A stretch of DNA of 64,000 bases from a virus (lineage: Duplodnaviria; Heunggongvirae; Uroviricota; Caudoviricetes): IMG/VR virus record IMGVR_UViG_3300031873_001030; one strand, given 5' to 3'. Below are positions 1 to 9,702 of the stretch, in pieces. The notes below the pieces were generated by a model that was not told where the DNA came from, ran no database searches, and saw only the letters and a program-made list of their open reading frames with translations. The position numbers and the translations under genes are program-made. The number at the start of each line of letters is the position of its first letter. The stretch's first letter is position 1.

Positions 1-73
1 GAAGAATTTGAAGACGGAGAATGGAGAGAATACTATAATGACGATAGTGAAGACATAATGGAGATGATAGATA

Positions 74-295
74 ATGGGAAATGAAGATGAATGGGATAAG
101 GTAAGGACAATATGTAAGGATTTGCTATACTTGGCTAAGATGAATGGATATGAGAAAGAATCCTTCTTTACATCTATGATTATACTGACAAACTTGAGGA
201 AGTCTTTGGATAGTGAAGATAATGTATGTATGCTTGAGGAAATGGAAAAGGAATTGAGGGAAGAGATACGTAGAAGGATAGGTGGATTTTCTTGA
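74..295 (+). CDS. hypothetical small acidic protein (73 aa)
   Basis: Intact ORF; GGAGATGA SD-like motif just upstream; no recognisable domain. Confidence 0.3.
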   Translation: MGNEDEWDKVRTICKDLLYLAKMNGYEKESFFTSMIILTNLRKSLDSEDNVCMLEEMEKELREEIRRRIGGFS

Positions 296-699
296 GAGAG
301 GGATTTTGTAAAATAAAGAATGAGTATGCCTTCTGTTATTATTTTTCATTTGGACAGACTTATAATAGTCTTTGTGGAAAGTTCAAGATAACTCCCACGA
401 AGAATGGATTTATAGTCAGAGAGAGGTGATACACGTATGTTTGAGGAAGAGGAAGAGATTGAAGAGAATGAGGAAGAAGAAGATGAAAAAGTGGAATGAC
501 AAGAAGTTAGTGAAAAATATAATGAAATACGAAGAAGGACTTATGGAAGACAAAGAAGTTGTGCTATTCTTTCAGTATCTTGTTGATATAGGAATGGCTT
601 GGACTTTACAAGGACACTATGGAAGGACTGCCCAATATCTTATTGACAGAGGATTTGTTGAAGACAAAAGAGGTAGGACGAATGTTGAACATTAAATCA

Positions 700-713
700 T
701 TAACATATGTTAA
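700..713. repeat. TTAACATATGTTAA 14-bp perfect palindrome (single copy)
   Basis: Exact 14-mer 5 nt after stop of ORF 372..695; another copy at 988..1001, so ORF 739..975 is flanked by the motif. Confidence 0.9.
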
Positions 714-987
714 TGTAAAAAATATGGGATTGGTGTGAATGTTTGACGAGAAATGGATAGCTCATTTGGAGAAGGAACACAACGAGAGATGTTCTGATAG
801 GGATTTGAGAAAGAAGAATAAGATATATGAAGTTTCTAAAAAGTATGCTAAGGATTGTATCAAGTGTCAATATATCTGTGAGAGAAGCAATAATTTTCAA
901 TCCACGTTGAAAGAGTTGAAGAGAATGGGTTGGAAGATATATTTTCCTAAAGTGAGACAAACCAGAGGAGATTGAAATCTTATGTCA

Positions 988-1001
988 TTAACATATGTTA
1001 A
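988..1001. repeat. TTAACATATGTTAA palindrome (single copy)
   Basis: Exact 14-mer 13 nt after stop of ORF 739..975. Confidence 0.9.
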
Positions 1002-1206
1002 ACATTTTTTTTCTAGCGAACCAAACAGGAAGGTGTAGAATGAAAAAGAAAAAAACATATTGGATAATTGATTGGTGTAATGTGGAAAATTGTAAAGTAG
1101 CATATACATTAACAGAAGCAAGAAAATTTGCGAAAGAATTATATGAAGATAGTTCTCGCGTAATCATATTTCAATATATAGAAGAAAAGAGTTAGAGGTG
1201 TAGAAA

Positions 1207-1578
1207 ATGGGAATGTATAGTTCTACTGATTGGTGTGAATTGAAAGTGAAAAGGGGAAAGGAAATAGAATTTTTTGATTGGCTTAAGAGGAATGAAGATT
1301 GGAAAGAAGCGATAGAAGTATTGAATGGCGAAGTAGAGATACAAGTCAGTTGGAAGATTATAAGTTATTGGTATGACAGCTTCCTTGACGAACTTGAACA
1401 GCTTGCTGAATATATTACAGGAAAATGGATATTGCTTTATGAGACAGGAGAAAGCAAAGCCATAATAACATTTACAGAAGATGACGAAGTGAAGATAGAA
1501 GTTGGGGAAATGGATTATCACAAAATTGATATAGATGATTTGAGAAAGGAAAATATGAAAATGGAAAGGAGTGATTAA
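1207..1578 (+). CDS. hypothetical protein (123 aa)
   Basis: ORF with GAGGTG SD 8 nt upstream; stop codon TAA lies inside palindrome copy 1575..1588. Confidence 0.45.
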   Translation: MGMYSSTDWCELKVKRGKEIEFFDWLKRNEDWKEAIEVLNGEVEIQVSWKIISYWYDSFLDELEQLAEYITGKWILLYETGESKAIITFTEDDEVKIEVGEMDYHKIDIDDLRKENMKMERSD

Positions 1579-1626
1579 CATATGTTAAGAGAGTCGGCGG
1601 ACCCTGAGTTGCTTAACATATGTTAA
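1575..1626. repeat. palindrome pair TTAACATATGTTAA-N24-TTAACATATGTTAA
   Basis: Two exact 14-mers (1575..1588, 1613..1626) flanking a 24-bp GC-rich spacer gagagtcggcggaccctgagttgc. Confidence 0.9.
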
Positions 1627-2313
1627 GAAGCTTCATCCCGTTTCCATAGTAAATTTAAATACTATGGAAACTAATATTACATATGGTTAGATGGAAAAAA
1701 GATAGCCATATGATATTTGACAGCAACAATATCTATAATGATTTAGGTAATTGTTGGATTGACTTGAAAGCAAAGAAAAAAATGAGGTGATATGAAATGC
1801 CTGTTGGAAGACCTAAAGGTTATAGTCCTAAGAGAGATAATCAGAAGTGGAACTATTGCCCAAATTGTGGGAAGAAAGTAAATTGAACTAAAGAGGTAAT
1901 GAATTGTGAATTTGGAGAAGATTGTAAAGAAGATACAATTCCATAAAGAGATATTGATAAAGTTGAAGAATGATATGATTAAGAAGCATAGTCCTTTAGC
2001 TCCTGCGTATATAACTCATATACGTAGTTTGGAAGGTTTCTTGGCATATCTTGAAAAGGAGTTCAAAGCTATTGGAGAACAGAAAGAAGATTGATATGCT
2101 GAAAGGAAGTCTTTATAGATATTTCTTTTGTAAGGAAAAGAAAGAAAAAGAATATAGGTGTCCAAAATGCGATTGTATTTTGGAGATAGAGATAAAATGT
2201 GGACCCAAGTGATATTGATGAATAAATTACACGTAGATATATTTGGTATGGATATGGATTTTGTTAAATGTAATTCTATAAAAAATTCTCAGACAAGCGC
2301 TTCTGAAGACAAC

Positions 2314-2504
2314 TTAACATATGTTAAGAATTCAGCAGTACCTGCAGCAAGCAACTCATTAACATATGTTAAGTATCTCCATCGAATCATCCTTGGCAAA
2401 CGCCAGACCCAGGAACACAAGTCTTTAACATATGTTAATGTAATCATTGGCCGCATTGCCTCAAACAAGAAAGAAAATCCCAGTCGCCCATTAACATATG
2501 TTAA
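2314..2504. repeat. 4-repeat array of TTAACATATGTTAA with unique GC-rich spacers (31, 52, 52 bp)
   Basis: Exact 14-mers at 2314, 2359, 2425, 2491. Spacers ~50% GC versus ~33% background. Both-strand ORFs 2158..2559 and 2289..2564 are explained by translating the repeat (LTYVK/N). Confidence 0.85.
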
Positions 2505-2641
2505 TAAGTTGGTGCCAGCAATTGCTTGGCAACCAACAGCATACAAAGTGATATTATGAATCATATTCCTTTCATATGAAGCAGATATGTGGAAAATATT
2601 TGATACAATAATAGAAGGGAGAAAAAATGAGTTAAAAAGAG

Positions 2642-2854
2642 ATGCGAATAATGAAAATATTTAATTACAACGTGAGCATAACAATAAAGAAAGATTATCC
2701 TAATTGTAAAGCTCCTATTCAAAAGAGATATAGAGAAAAAAAGAGGATGCGTGGTTTTTGTATAAATGGTGGATGTTGGAACAAAGTTGAAAATAACCGT
2801 TCCAAATGTCCAATCTGTATGGAAAAAGATAGGAAGAGATGGAAAGTGAGATAG
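2642..2854 (+). CDS. hypothetical Cys-containing small protein (70 aa), possible zinc ribbon
   Basis: ORF with CINGGC...CPIC pairs; Lys/Arg-rich. Confidence 0.35.
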   Translation: MRIMKIFNYNVSITIKKDYPNCKAPIQKRYREKKRMRGFCINGGCWNKVENNRSKCPICMEKDRKRWKVR

Positions 2855-2867
2855 TTAGTGATTATTT

Positions 2868-3089
2868 GTGGACATAATAATTTCAACATTGATAGCATTT
2901 GGCTCTTTGGTATTGGCGATATTTTTCATACTTATTGCGAGGTGGGACGCAAACAAAGTGATAGATAAGTTGTATAGAGAGGAATATAAAGAGAGAAATA
3001 GGATTGATGCGAATGTTGTCAAATCACTTGTAGGGAACTTGAAACAGAAAAGAGATGATGAAATATCTAGTTCGGAATATACAAAATGA
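2868..3089 (+). CDS. small membrane protein (73 aa)
   Basis: N-terminal hydrophobic helix IISTLIAFGSLVLAIFFILIA followed by charged tail. Confidence 0.35.
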   Translation: MDIIISTLIAFGSLVLAIFFILIARWDANKVIDKLYREEYKERNRIDANVVKSLVGNLKQKRDDEISSSEYTK

Positions 3090-3384
3090 TTTTTAAGTAG
3101 CAACGTGTAATTATTAGATTAGTTAGATATAGAGGAGTGAAGGAAGTAACTAAAGAATCTCGTTTCTTTGGATATTTTCTTTAAGAATAAAGTATAATGG
3201 AGGTGGCAAATGTCATTCTACGAAAGATTGGAGAGGAGAGCAAAAGCACTTAATGATATAATGTGGGGTTCAGACGATGAGACTGAAAGTGAATAACTCT
3301 ACTATTAATACTTTAGCAATTAATTATACTATAGGGACTTTAGGAGTTCCTATGGTATAAAAAATCTAGGGGCTTTGTTCCTAG

Positions 3385-3411
3385 TTAGAAAGGGATATTC
3401 TTCCTTTCTAA
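3385..3411. promoter_or_regulatory. inverted repeat TTAGAAAGG-N9-CCTTTCTAA upstream of 3441 operon (operator-like)
   Basis: 9-bp perfect IR 30 nt upstream of ATG 3441; related GAAAGGG/CCCTTTC IR at 7668..7702 upstream of gene 7964. Confidence 0.4.
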
Positions 3412-3440
3412 AAATATGGTAAAAATAAGGTGATATATAA

Positions 3441-4010
3441 ATGAAGACAATAGAAGTAGAAATAAAAGGTCCTATTTTGCTGATGCATAATCCGAAGTCT
3501 ATGCTAGACCCACAGACTACTGGAACGAAATCATCAACTGCGAAATATGACTATAATGTCGAAGCAGAGAAGTCTGCTTACAAGACGAAAAAAAATGAAT
3601 TATATATTCCTGCCCAAGCTATGTTCAGTTCCACATTGAATGGAGCTTCTTTCAAGAAAGTAGGAAAATATACTGCCAAGAGCATTATAGCTGGCAATAT
3701 GAGAATAGAGCCAGAAGAAATCCTGATTCTAGATAGCAAAGGGAAAGTCATGACAAAATATGAGATAGACTTGAGGACTGTGGTTATTGCTCAAGGTAAG
3801 AAAAGAAACCGAATAGTCAGGGCAAGAGCTATGGTAAAGGATTGGAGTGCTAGATTCAGAATAGTCTATAACGACCAATTCATAGGCGACCCTGCTATAA
3901 TAGAAGATTGCTTGAAGGATGCAGGTTCAAGGATAGGTCTGTTGGAATACAGACCACAGACAAGTGGAAGCTACGGAACATTTGAGATAGTGAAATTCAA
4001 GGTGATATAA
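3441..4010 (+). CDS. hypothetical protein (189 aa), first gene of a two-gene operon with ParB-like gene
   Basis: AGGTGA SD upstream; stop TAA abuts ATG of next gene (taaATGg). Confidence 0.55.
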   Translation: MKTIEVEIKGPILLMHNPKSMLDPQTTGTKSSTAKYDYNVEAEKSAYKTKKNELYIPAQAMFSSTLNGASFKKVGKYTAKSIIAGNMRIEPEEILILDSKGKVMTKYEIDLRTVVIAQGKKRNRIVRARAMVKDWSARFRIVYNDQFIGDPAIIEDCLKDAGSRIGLLEYRPQTSGSYGTFEIVKFKVI

Positions 4011-4895
4011 ATGGCACTATGGGATAGGGAAGAAAGAAAGCATACGGAAAATAAAGTATTGCCACTCAAGGATATAGTATTTGATGAGAACATATATCCA
4101 AGACAAAGTTCATGGTGGCAAACTTCGTATAAATATGCCGAAGAGATGAAAGCAGGCGCAAGGTTTCCTCCAATCACAGTAGGTTTTGTGAATGGAAGAT
4201 ACGTGCTTGTGGATGGGAAGCATAGGAATGACGCACTTCTGATGAATAAGGAGACACATACATCAGTAGTAGTTCTCTATGGTTACACTTTGGATGAACT
4301 CTATATTGAAGCTGTAAAACTCAATAGGGCTCACGGTGTAGGACTTACTTCTTTCGACAAGGTCAAGATAATCAAGAGACTTGAAGATATGAAATATTCA
4401 TTGGGAGACATAGCCACGATAGTCCAGATTCCTTTGGGAAGCATAGAGAAATTTGTAGCACAGAGGATTACGTTAAATCCATTAGGACAAGTCACAGTAT
4501 TGAAATCTCCTCTCAAGTTTATGGCAGGAGGAACTATAACGATGACTGACGAAGAGCAAGATACTCTAAGTGTGAGGAGTGAGATAAGTCTGGTAAATCA
4601 GATGACACAGATATTCTCAAATCCGAAGATGCTAAGGGTTGATATAACATTCGTTGATGCTATCGAGAAGCTTTACCAACTGATTCAAGATTTCCTCAAA
4701 GAACAGAAAATTTTGAATGGAGCTGGAAATACAATAGAAGAAGTTCCAAAAGAGAAAATATACAAGAAAAGAGGAAGACCTAAGAAAATCAAGACTGAAA
4801 GTGAGACTTCAGAACCAAAGAAAAAGGGAAGACCTAAAGGTTCTAAGAACAAGCTTAAAGAACTTGATGTCAGTAACGTCAAAGAACAAGCATAA
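4011..4895 (+). CDS. ParB/sulfiredoxin-fold (ParBc, DGQHR-like) domain protein with C-terminal AT-hook repeats
   Basis: Motif GRYVLVDGKHRNDAL matches the ParB/Srx N-terminal domain signature; C-terminus has KKRGRPKK and KKKGRPKGSK AT-hooks. Confidence 0.6.
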   Translation: MALWDREERKHTENKVLPLKDIVFDENIYPRQSSWWQTSYKYAEEMKAGARFPPITVGFVNGRYVLVDGKHRNDALLMNKETHTSVVVLYGYTLDELYIEAVKLNRAHGVGLTSFDKVKIIKRLEDMKYSLGDIATIVQIPLGSIEKFVAQRITLNPLGQVTVLKSPLKFMAGGTITMTDEEQDTLSVRSEISLVNQMTQIFSNPKMLRVDITFVDAIEKLYQLIQDFLKEQKILNGAGNTIEEVPKEKIYKKRGRPKKIKTESETSEPKKKGRPKGSKNKLKELDVSNVKEQA

Positions 4896-4943
4896 ATAGT
4901 TAATCAGTTAGACTTTATTTGGAAAGAATGAAGCAGGGTTTAG

Positions 4944-5016
4944 TGACAACGAACCTCAGAGATAGAACTTACTGATTCTTAGAATCAGTTGGTTCTTACT
5001 GCGAGGTTCGTTGTCA
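4944..5016 (+). ncRNA. structured hairpin element copy A (~73 nt; TGACAAnnAACCTCAGAG...CTGCGAGGTTnnTTGTCA)
   Basis: 13-bp outer stem GACAACGAACCTC/GAGGTTCGTTGTC; 45 nt after ParB-like stop; T-rich tract follows; 3 more copies with compensatory changes. Confidence 0.6.
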
Positions 5017-5432
5017 TAGTTCCTTCCCTCTTCATACTTTCTTTAATATTAGGGAATTTATAAAAACTGTAGGTTTTTATTATGAGATAAGGTTCGGTTG
5101 GGTCAGTTGGGGTGGGTTCCGTTCCGATATGGTATGGTAAGATTATATTTATTGGACGTGGTAGGATAGGGTAGGATGCGATATGGTATTGTTACTTGTT
5201 CCGATATGGTTCGGTGATTTGGGGTTAGGTTAGGTCTGTTCCGATAGGGCAAGGTATGGTATTTTATTTATTCGATACGGTTCGGTTTGGTGGGTTTGGG
5301 TTAGGCAAGATAAGATAGGGTTAGACAAGGTATCTTACTTTTGTATCCGATTGGGTAAGGTCTGGTAGTATTCGGTCCGTTGTGGTTAGGCACGATATGG
5401 TGTGGTAAGGTTTGACATTTATAGTCAGTCAT

Positions 5433-5491
5433 TAACATATGATAAAGAGTTGGACCCAGTGCACGGGTGGCATTCCATTAACATATGTTAA
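5433..5491. repeat. palindrome pair (degenerate TTAACATATGATAA + exact TTAACATATGTTAA) with 31-bp GC-rich spacer
   Basis: Spacer agagttggacccagtgcacgggtggcattcc resembles spacer at 1589..1612 (shared agagtYgg...accc). Confidence 0.8.
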
Positions 5492-5525
5492 TGAGAAAAG
5501 ATAAGAAATAATGTAAAATGATAAT

Positions 5526-5798
5526 ATGAAGAAGATAAAGGAAGAATTTTGCTTTCGCAGGAATGATACTAGAACTTCATATGATATGCAGAAAGGCTAT
5601 CTGATATATGGCAAGATTGATGACATTTATAATATCATCACTTACAATCTATTTGAGATGTGGAATACTACAAAGTGTTTTAAAAGGTTTAGGAAATTGT
5701 TCGTCACTACTTCAAATCACGAATGGATACATTATCTTGTTCCAGATATAAAAGATGGAAGTCTGATGAAGAAGATTGAAAATTGGTTTAACTGGTAA
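5526..5798 (+). CDS. hypothetical protein (90 aa) flanked by 38-bp direct repeats
   Basis: ORF bounded by ccattaacatatgttaatgagaaaagataagaaataatg at 5475..5512 and 5820..5857. Confidence 0.35.
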   Translation: MKKIKEEFCFRRNDTRTSYDMQKGYLIYGKIDDIYNIITYNLFEMWNTTKCFKRFRKLFVTTSNHEWIHYLVPDIKDGSLMKKIENWFNW

Positions 5799-5822
5799 AA
5801 TGTATCGTTAACCAAAATTCCA

Positions 5823-5836
5823 TTAACATATGTTAA
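5823..5836. repeat. TTAACATATGTTAA palindrome within 38-bp direct repeat
   Basis: Exact 14-mer; second copy of direct repeat flanking ORF 5526..5798. Confidence 0.9.
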
Positions 5837-6150
5837 TGAGAAAAGATAAGAAATAATGAAAATCAAAAAGAGGTAAAAAAAATGAGATACTATTGCCGAG
5901 AACATAAGGAAAGTTTTGAGACTACTGTCTGCTTTCTTCAACATGTTCTTAAGGAACACCATAGCATATTTGACATCACAAGTGAATAGATATTTATGTG
6001 ATGAGGTGGGGTCAAGTCAGGTCGGTTCTGGTTGCGATACTGACCTTATCACACCAAACCTCACCTTACCAGGGTTCGATAAGTTGTGATTTGGTAGGAT
6101 AGGGTAAAGTTATTTATATTTGAAACACGTAATTATATGTCAAGGAAGTC

Positions 6151-6224
6151 TGACAACAAACCTCAGAGTTGGAACTTTCTGGTTCTAAAAAATCACTTAG
6201 TTCTTTCTGCGAGGTTTGTTGTCT
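6151..6224 (+). ncRNA. structured hairpin element copy B
   Basis: Outer stem GACAACAAACCTC/GAGGTTTGTTGTC (A-T pair where copy A has C-G); embedded in GGT array. Confidence 0.6.
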
Positions 6225-6948
6225 TTGTATCGACTTTATCATTCGGTCAGGTAAGGCGGGTTCAGGTGGGGTATAGTTTCGGTTCGGTATGGTAGTTTGA
6301 CATTTATACGATACGGTAAGGTGAGGTTTGGAAGATAGTCTTTATGATTCGGTAAGGTGGGGTCAGTTGCGATTGTGTGAGGTTTGATTTGGTTTGGTCT
6401 GATTTGGTAGTTTGAGGCAAGGTAAAGTTAATTCCTTTTATATGATAAGGTATGGTCTAATTCGGTCTGGTTTGGTTGGATGGGCTACGTTCCGATAAGG
6501 TTCGGTATGGTAATATGACACTTATACGATTAGGTTCGGTCAGGTAAGGTTGGGTCAAATGCGATTAGGTAAGATGAGGTTCGGTCAGATACGGCAAGAT
6601 ATGGTATAATATTTATTCGGTTAGGTGAGGTCAGTTTAGGTCTGGTCTGATGTAGTTTGGCATGGTAGTATAACACTTATCGGTTTGGTTCGGTATGATG
6701 CGATATGGTCAGATTCGGTTTGATATGGTAGTATGACACTTATTGGTCAGGTTTAGTAGAATATGGTAAGGTTCGGTTCGATACGGTGGGATATGGTCAG
6801 TTAGGATTTGGAAAAGGAGAGAATAGTTTCAAGAAAGAATCAGCCCTTGGGTGAGTCCCTTGAAATGAAAAATGCCGCACCAGAGATGGTGATATTAGGT
6901 AAACTAATATAAATCAAGGTTCGAACCGTCCGTTAGGCAACGGTTCTC

Positions 6949-7021
6949 TGACAACAAACCTCAGAGTTAGAACTTACTGGTTCTTGAAATCAGTTGGTTC
7001 TTTCTGCGAGGTTTGTTGTCT
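6949..7021 (+). ncRNA. structured hairpin element copy C
   Basis: Same outer stem as copy B; inner region variable; embedded in GGT array. Confidence 0.6.
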
Positions 7022-7667
7022 TCCTCCAAAAAATTACTTATTCGATAGGGTAAGGATAGGTATGCTATGTCAGGGTCAGGTTTGGTTAGGTTTGATATGG
7101 TATGGTAAGGTAATTTAATACTTTTGCTTTGGTGCAATATGGTAATATTCGGTAGGGTATAATTCGGTGGGTTCCGTTAAGGTATGGTAAGGATTATATT
7201 TATGAAATACGTATATAGGAATAGAGATGATGAAAGGGAACTTAAATTTGAAGTTCCAGATAGTATGTCAATAGCTGAAGCATTTGAATTTGCAGAAAGG
7301 AAATGCGCCAGCATGGAGTGATTATAATTTTTGGTCTGGTAGGGTGCGATTAGGTACGATTGGGTTTGGTCAGATAGGATATGATATGGACTATTGTAAT
7401 TTTCGGTTAGGTGCGGTTAGGTCTGGTTTGGTGCGTTCGAGGTGTGGTCAGATAGGATATGGAACTTTCATTCGTACTTTTCGGTAGGGCATTATTCGGT
7501 CCGATATGGTCTGGTCAATTCCGCTCTGGTTCGGTTAGATAGTGTATGGTGATATATGTTAAGTCGTGGTTTGGTTCGGTCTGGTAGAATGAGGTTTATC
7601 TTTTTTGATAGGCTATCGTTCGGTCTGGTGAGGTATGGTTCGGTAGGGTTCGGCAAGGTTTAATCCT

Positions 7668-7702
7668 TTTAGGAAAGGGTCTTTGATTCATTCCCTTTCT
7701 AT
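7668..7702. promoter_or_regulatory. inverted repeat AGGAAAGGG-N13-CCCTTTCT (operator-like, related to 3385..3411)
   Basis: IR GAAAGGG/CCCTTTC ~260 nt upstream of gene 7964. Confidence 0.35.
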
Positions 7703-7711
7703 AAAAGATTT

Positions 7712-7787
7712 ATCCCACGTCTTCGGGATTTATCCCTTCTTTCAGAAGGGATTTATATATCACCGAATCTCGTTTTAAACGAGATTC
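7712..7787. repeat. cluster of three hairpins (ATCCC-N8-GGGAT; ATCCCTT-N7-AAGGGAT; GAATCTCGTT-TTAA-AACGAGATTC) with repeated GGGATTTAT flank
   Basis: Perfect stems of 5, 7 and 10 bp; related ATCCC/GGGAT hairpins at 25707..25723 and 43488..43503. Confidence 0.6.
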
Positions 7788-7963
7788 ACAAAGAACTTGT
7801 GGTCGGGTCTGATACGGCAAGGTGTGATACGGTAAGATAAGATTGGGTTATGGTCTGGCAAGGAACTTTTTACTTATATGGTTTGGCACGGTCCATTCCG
7901 TTGCGTTTAGGTGTGGTAAGGCTTGGTATGGTTACGATTTATTTGGCGTAACATATGTAATAC

Positions 7964-8632
7964 GTGTATTTAAGGTTTCTTATGTATAGTTATGCTATGG
8001 CAAAAGATGAGAATAGGGAAATAAACGTCAGTGGAAAGACAATTGCCTTAATCCTTATGGTAATCATTACAATATTTTCAGTAGGCAGTCTGATAGTAGC
8101 CATAAATGATAAAGGTCAAGCTTCCTCAGATTCAACTAGCTGGCAGAACAAATATACAACTTGCAGTTCTGGATTAAGCTCTTGCAACTCTCAACTAAGC
8201 TCTTCTCAATCAAGCTCCTCTTCATGCGCTTCACAACTCAATACTTGCAATAGCAACCTTGATTATTATCAGAACACAGGAGGAACTTGCAGTTCAGATT
8301 TGAGCAATTGCAATGCCAATTATAATACCTGCAATGCCAATCTTAACAATTATAAGACACTTTATTCTAATTGCGGTGGCAGTCTGACTAACTATCAGAC
8401 ACTTTATTCTAACTGCCAGTCAAGCTATTCTACTTGTAATTCTAATTTCAATACTCTGACTTCCACTTACAATTCTCTGAAGTCAAATTCTGATGTCATG
8501 GCACAGAATTATGCCAGTATGAAATGCTGTCCAAGCTGGCCATCCACCAAATACAGCTATTACTATACAAGCAATGGAAATGTCTATTGCACTGATACAG
8601 CAACAGCAAGCACAAAACTTACAGGATGCTAA
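7964..8632 (+). CDS. secreted/membrane-anchored Cys-, Ser-, Asn-rich protein (222 aa)
   Basis: N-terminal TM helix IALILMVIITIFSVGSLIVAI; repetitive TCNSN/SSC motifs; true start may be the internal Met (MAKDENRE). Confidence 0.5.
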   Translation: MYLRFLMYSYAMAKDENREINVSGKTIALILMVIITIFSVGSLIVAINDKGQASSDSTSWQNKYTTCSSGLSSCNSQLSSSQSSSSSCASQLNTCNSNLDYYQNTGGTCSSDLSNCNANYNTCNANLNNYKTLYSNCGGSLTNYQTLYSNCQSSYSTCNSNFNTLTSTYNSLKSNSDVMAQNYASMKCCPSWPSTKYSYYYTSNGNVYCTDTATASTKLTGC

Positions 8633-8793
8633 ATCATGAGAAAATATACATCCGACAAATGGTTGAAACCTGGTGAAAAATATATCAGCACTGCAGAGAA
8701 AGAACCTGTTCCTAAAAAGAAATATGGTCATGTAGAAATTCCAGATATAGAAGACGATTGATAACTAATATTATAATAGTTTTTAAGTGGTAA

Positions 8794-9276
8794 GTGATGA
8801 GTTACGACGAGACAAGTGATTTAGCATATCTGATATTATTCGTCGGTTGTATAATTGGATTGCTCATACTTATCGTTGGCTTAGTCGGATTTTTCAATCT
8901 TGTCCAAGGATTATATTTTTGGGATTGGTTCATACTATTTATCTTGACATTCCTAGCTTCAGAAGTTTTCTTCCTTCTTGTATTCAAGAAAAAACCGACA
9001 GGAAATGTATTCTGGAAGACATTTGGAAATAAGATTTTATCTTGGATGTCAGGTTCGTTGATAATCGCAGAATTTACTTCTTTCTATTATTACATTATTC
9101 TGAACATAATCAGAGATTGGCTTACCGTATTGGAAGTATTGACTACTATAGGAAAAATAATTGGAATAGGTGTGATGATTGCATCACTTATTGCTTTTTA
9201 CGTATGGTTCAACACTTTGAGATATAAAAATATCAAAGAACCTAAAGGGAAACTTAAAAAAGTATACAAGAGGTGA
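8794..9276 (+). CDS. integral membrane protein (160 aa, ~4 TM)
   Basis: Four long hydrophobic segments; basic C-terminus. Confidence 0.5.
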   Translation: MMSYDETSDLAYLILFVGCIIGLLILIVGLVGFFNLVQGLYFWDWFILFILTFLASEVFFLLVFKKKPTGNVFWKTFGNKILSWMSGSLIIAEFTSFYYYIILNIIRDWLTVLEVLTTIGKIIGIGVMIASLIAFYVWFNTLRYKNIKEPKGKLKKVYKR

Positions 9277-9702
9277 TTAGTTTCTGATAATTACTCAGAC
9301 ATTCACATTCGGACATAGTGAAAATCTTCTGGCAAGGATATTCTCCTCAAGCACAACACTTGCAAGATGCACATTTGTTTTCAATGAAAGACGCATAATA
9401 GAATATTATATCCGTGAAGAATGGGGTGGAAAAATTGCTGATACAAAAACTATTAATGGTTTCATAGACAGATTATGTAGAGACACCACGCATGAATTTG
9501 TTCATGCTCTTGGAAATTGCCATGTGGAATGGGTACCAAAGATGATGGATAGATGGATGAAAAAACGAATCATATATGCACATTCTGTGGGACAAAGGAA
9601 GGACCTATGATACAGTTTGACTATGACGACTGGGAATGTGAAAAATGCCATAGGATGGGAAGACACATATCACGTAAATAAATATGAATATCAAAATCAG
9701 AA

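Larger units (their letters stand above)
5090..7940 (+). repeat. ~2.8-kb degenerate pentanucleotide GGTNN / TTAGG-TTGGG-like G-strand satellite with higher-order periodicity
   Basis: Runs such as ggttaggttaggtctg and gggtttgggttagg; recurring submotif TCCGATATGGT at ~39/78/118-bp spacing; almost no ORFs; G-rich on + strand throughout. Confidence 0.8.

Noticed and set aside
1192-1581. 129-aa minus-strand ORF antisense to 1207..1578
   Set aside because: The Phe/Ile-rich low-complexity translation is typical of antisense AT-rich coding DNA. The + strand ORF has an SD.
2314-2504. Possibility that the palindrome array is a canonical CRISPR
   Set aside because: The repeat is only 14 bp (CRISPR repeats are ~24-48 bp). 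Spacer lengths are irregular across loci (23-52 bp). No cas1/cas2/cas6 is present. It is retained as a CRISPR-like novelty rather than called CRISPR.
2158-2564. Overlapping ORFs on both strands (133 aa + / 91 aa -) across the palindrome array
   Set aside because: Both translations are driven by the self-complementary repeat (LTYVK/LTYVN recurring). The GC-rich spacer composition is unlike local coding DNA. More likely these are artefacts of a non-coding repeat-spacer array, although in-frame spacing (45/66/66) was noted.
7284-7487. 67-aa ORF inside the GGT satellite
   Set aside because: The translation (GFGQIGYDMDY...) simply mirrors the GGTNN repeat. It has no SD and sits in repetitive non-coding context.
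5090-7940. G-quadruplex-forming telomere interpretation of the GGT array
   Set aside because: Most G runs are only GG. GGG/GGGG runs are sparse, so canonical G4 is unlikely. The telomere-like composition is noted but cannot be confirmed from sequence.
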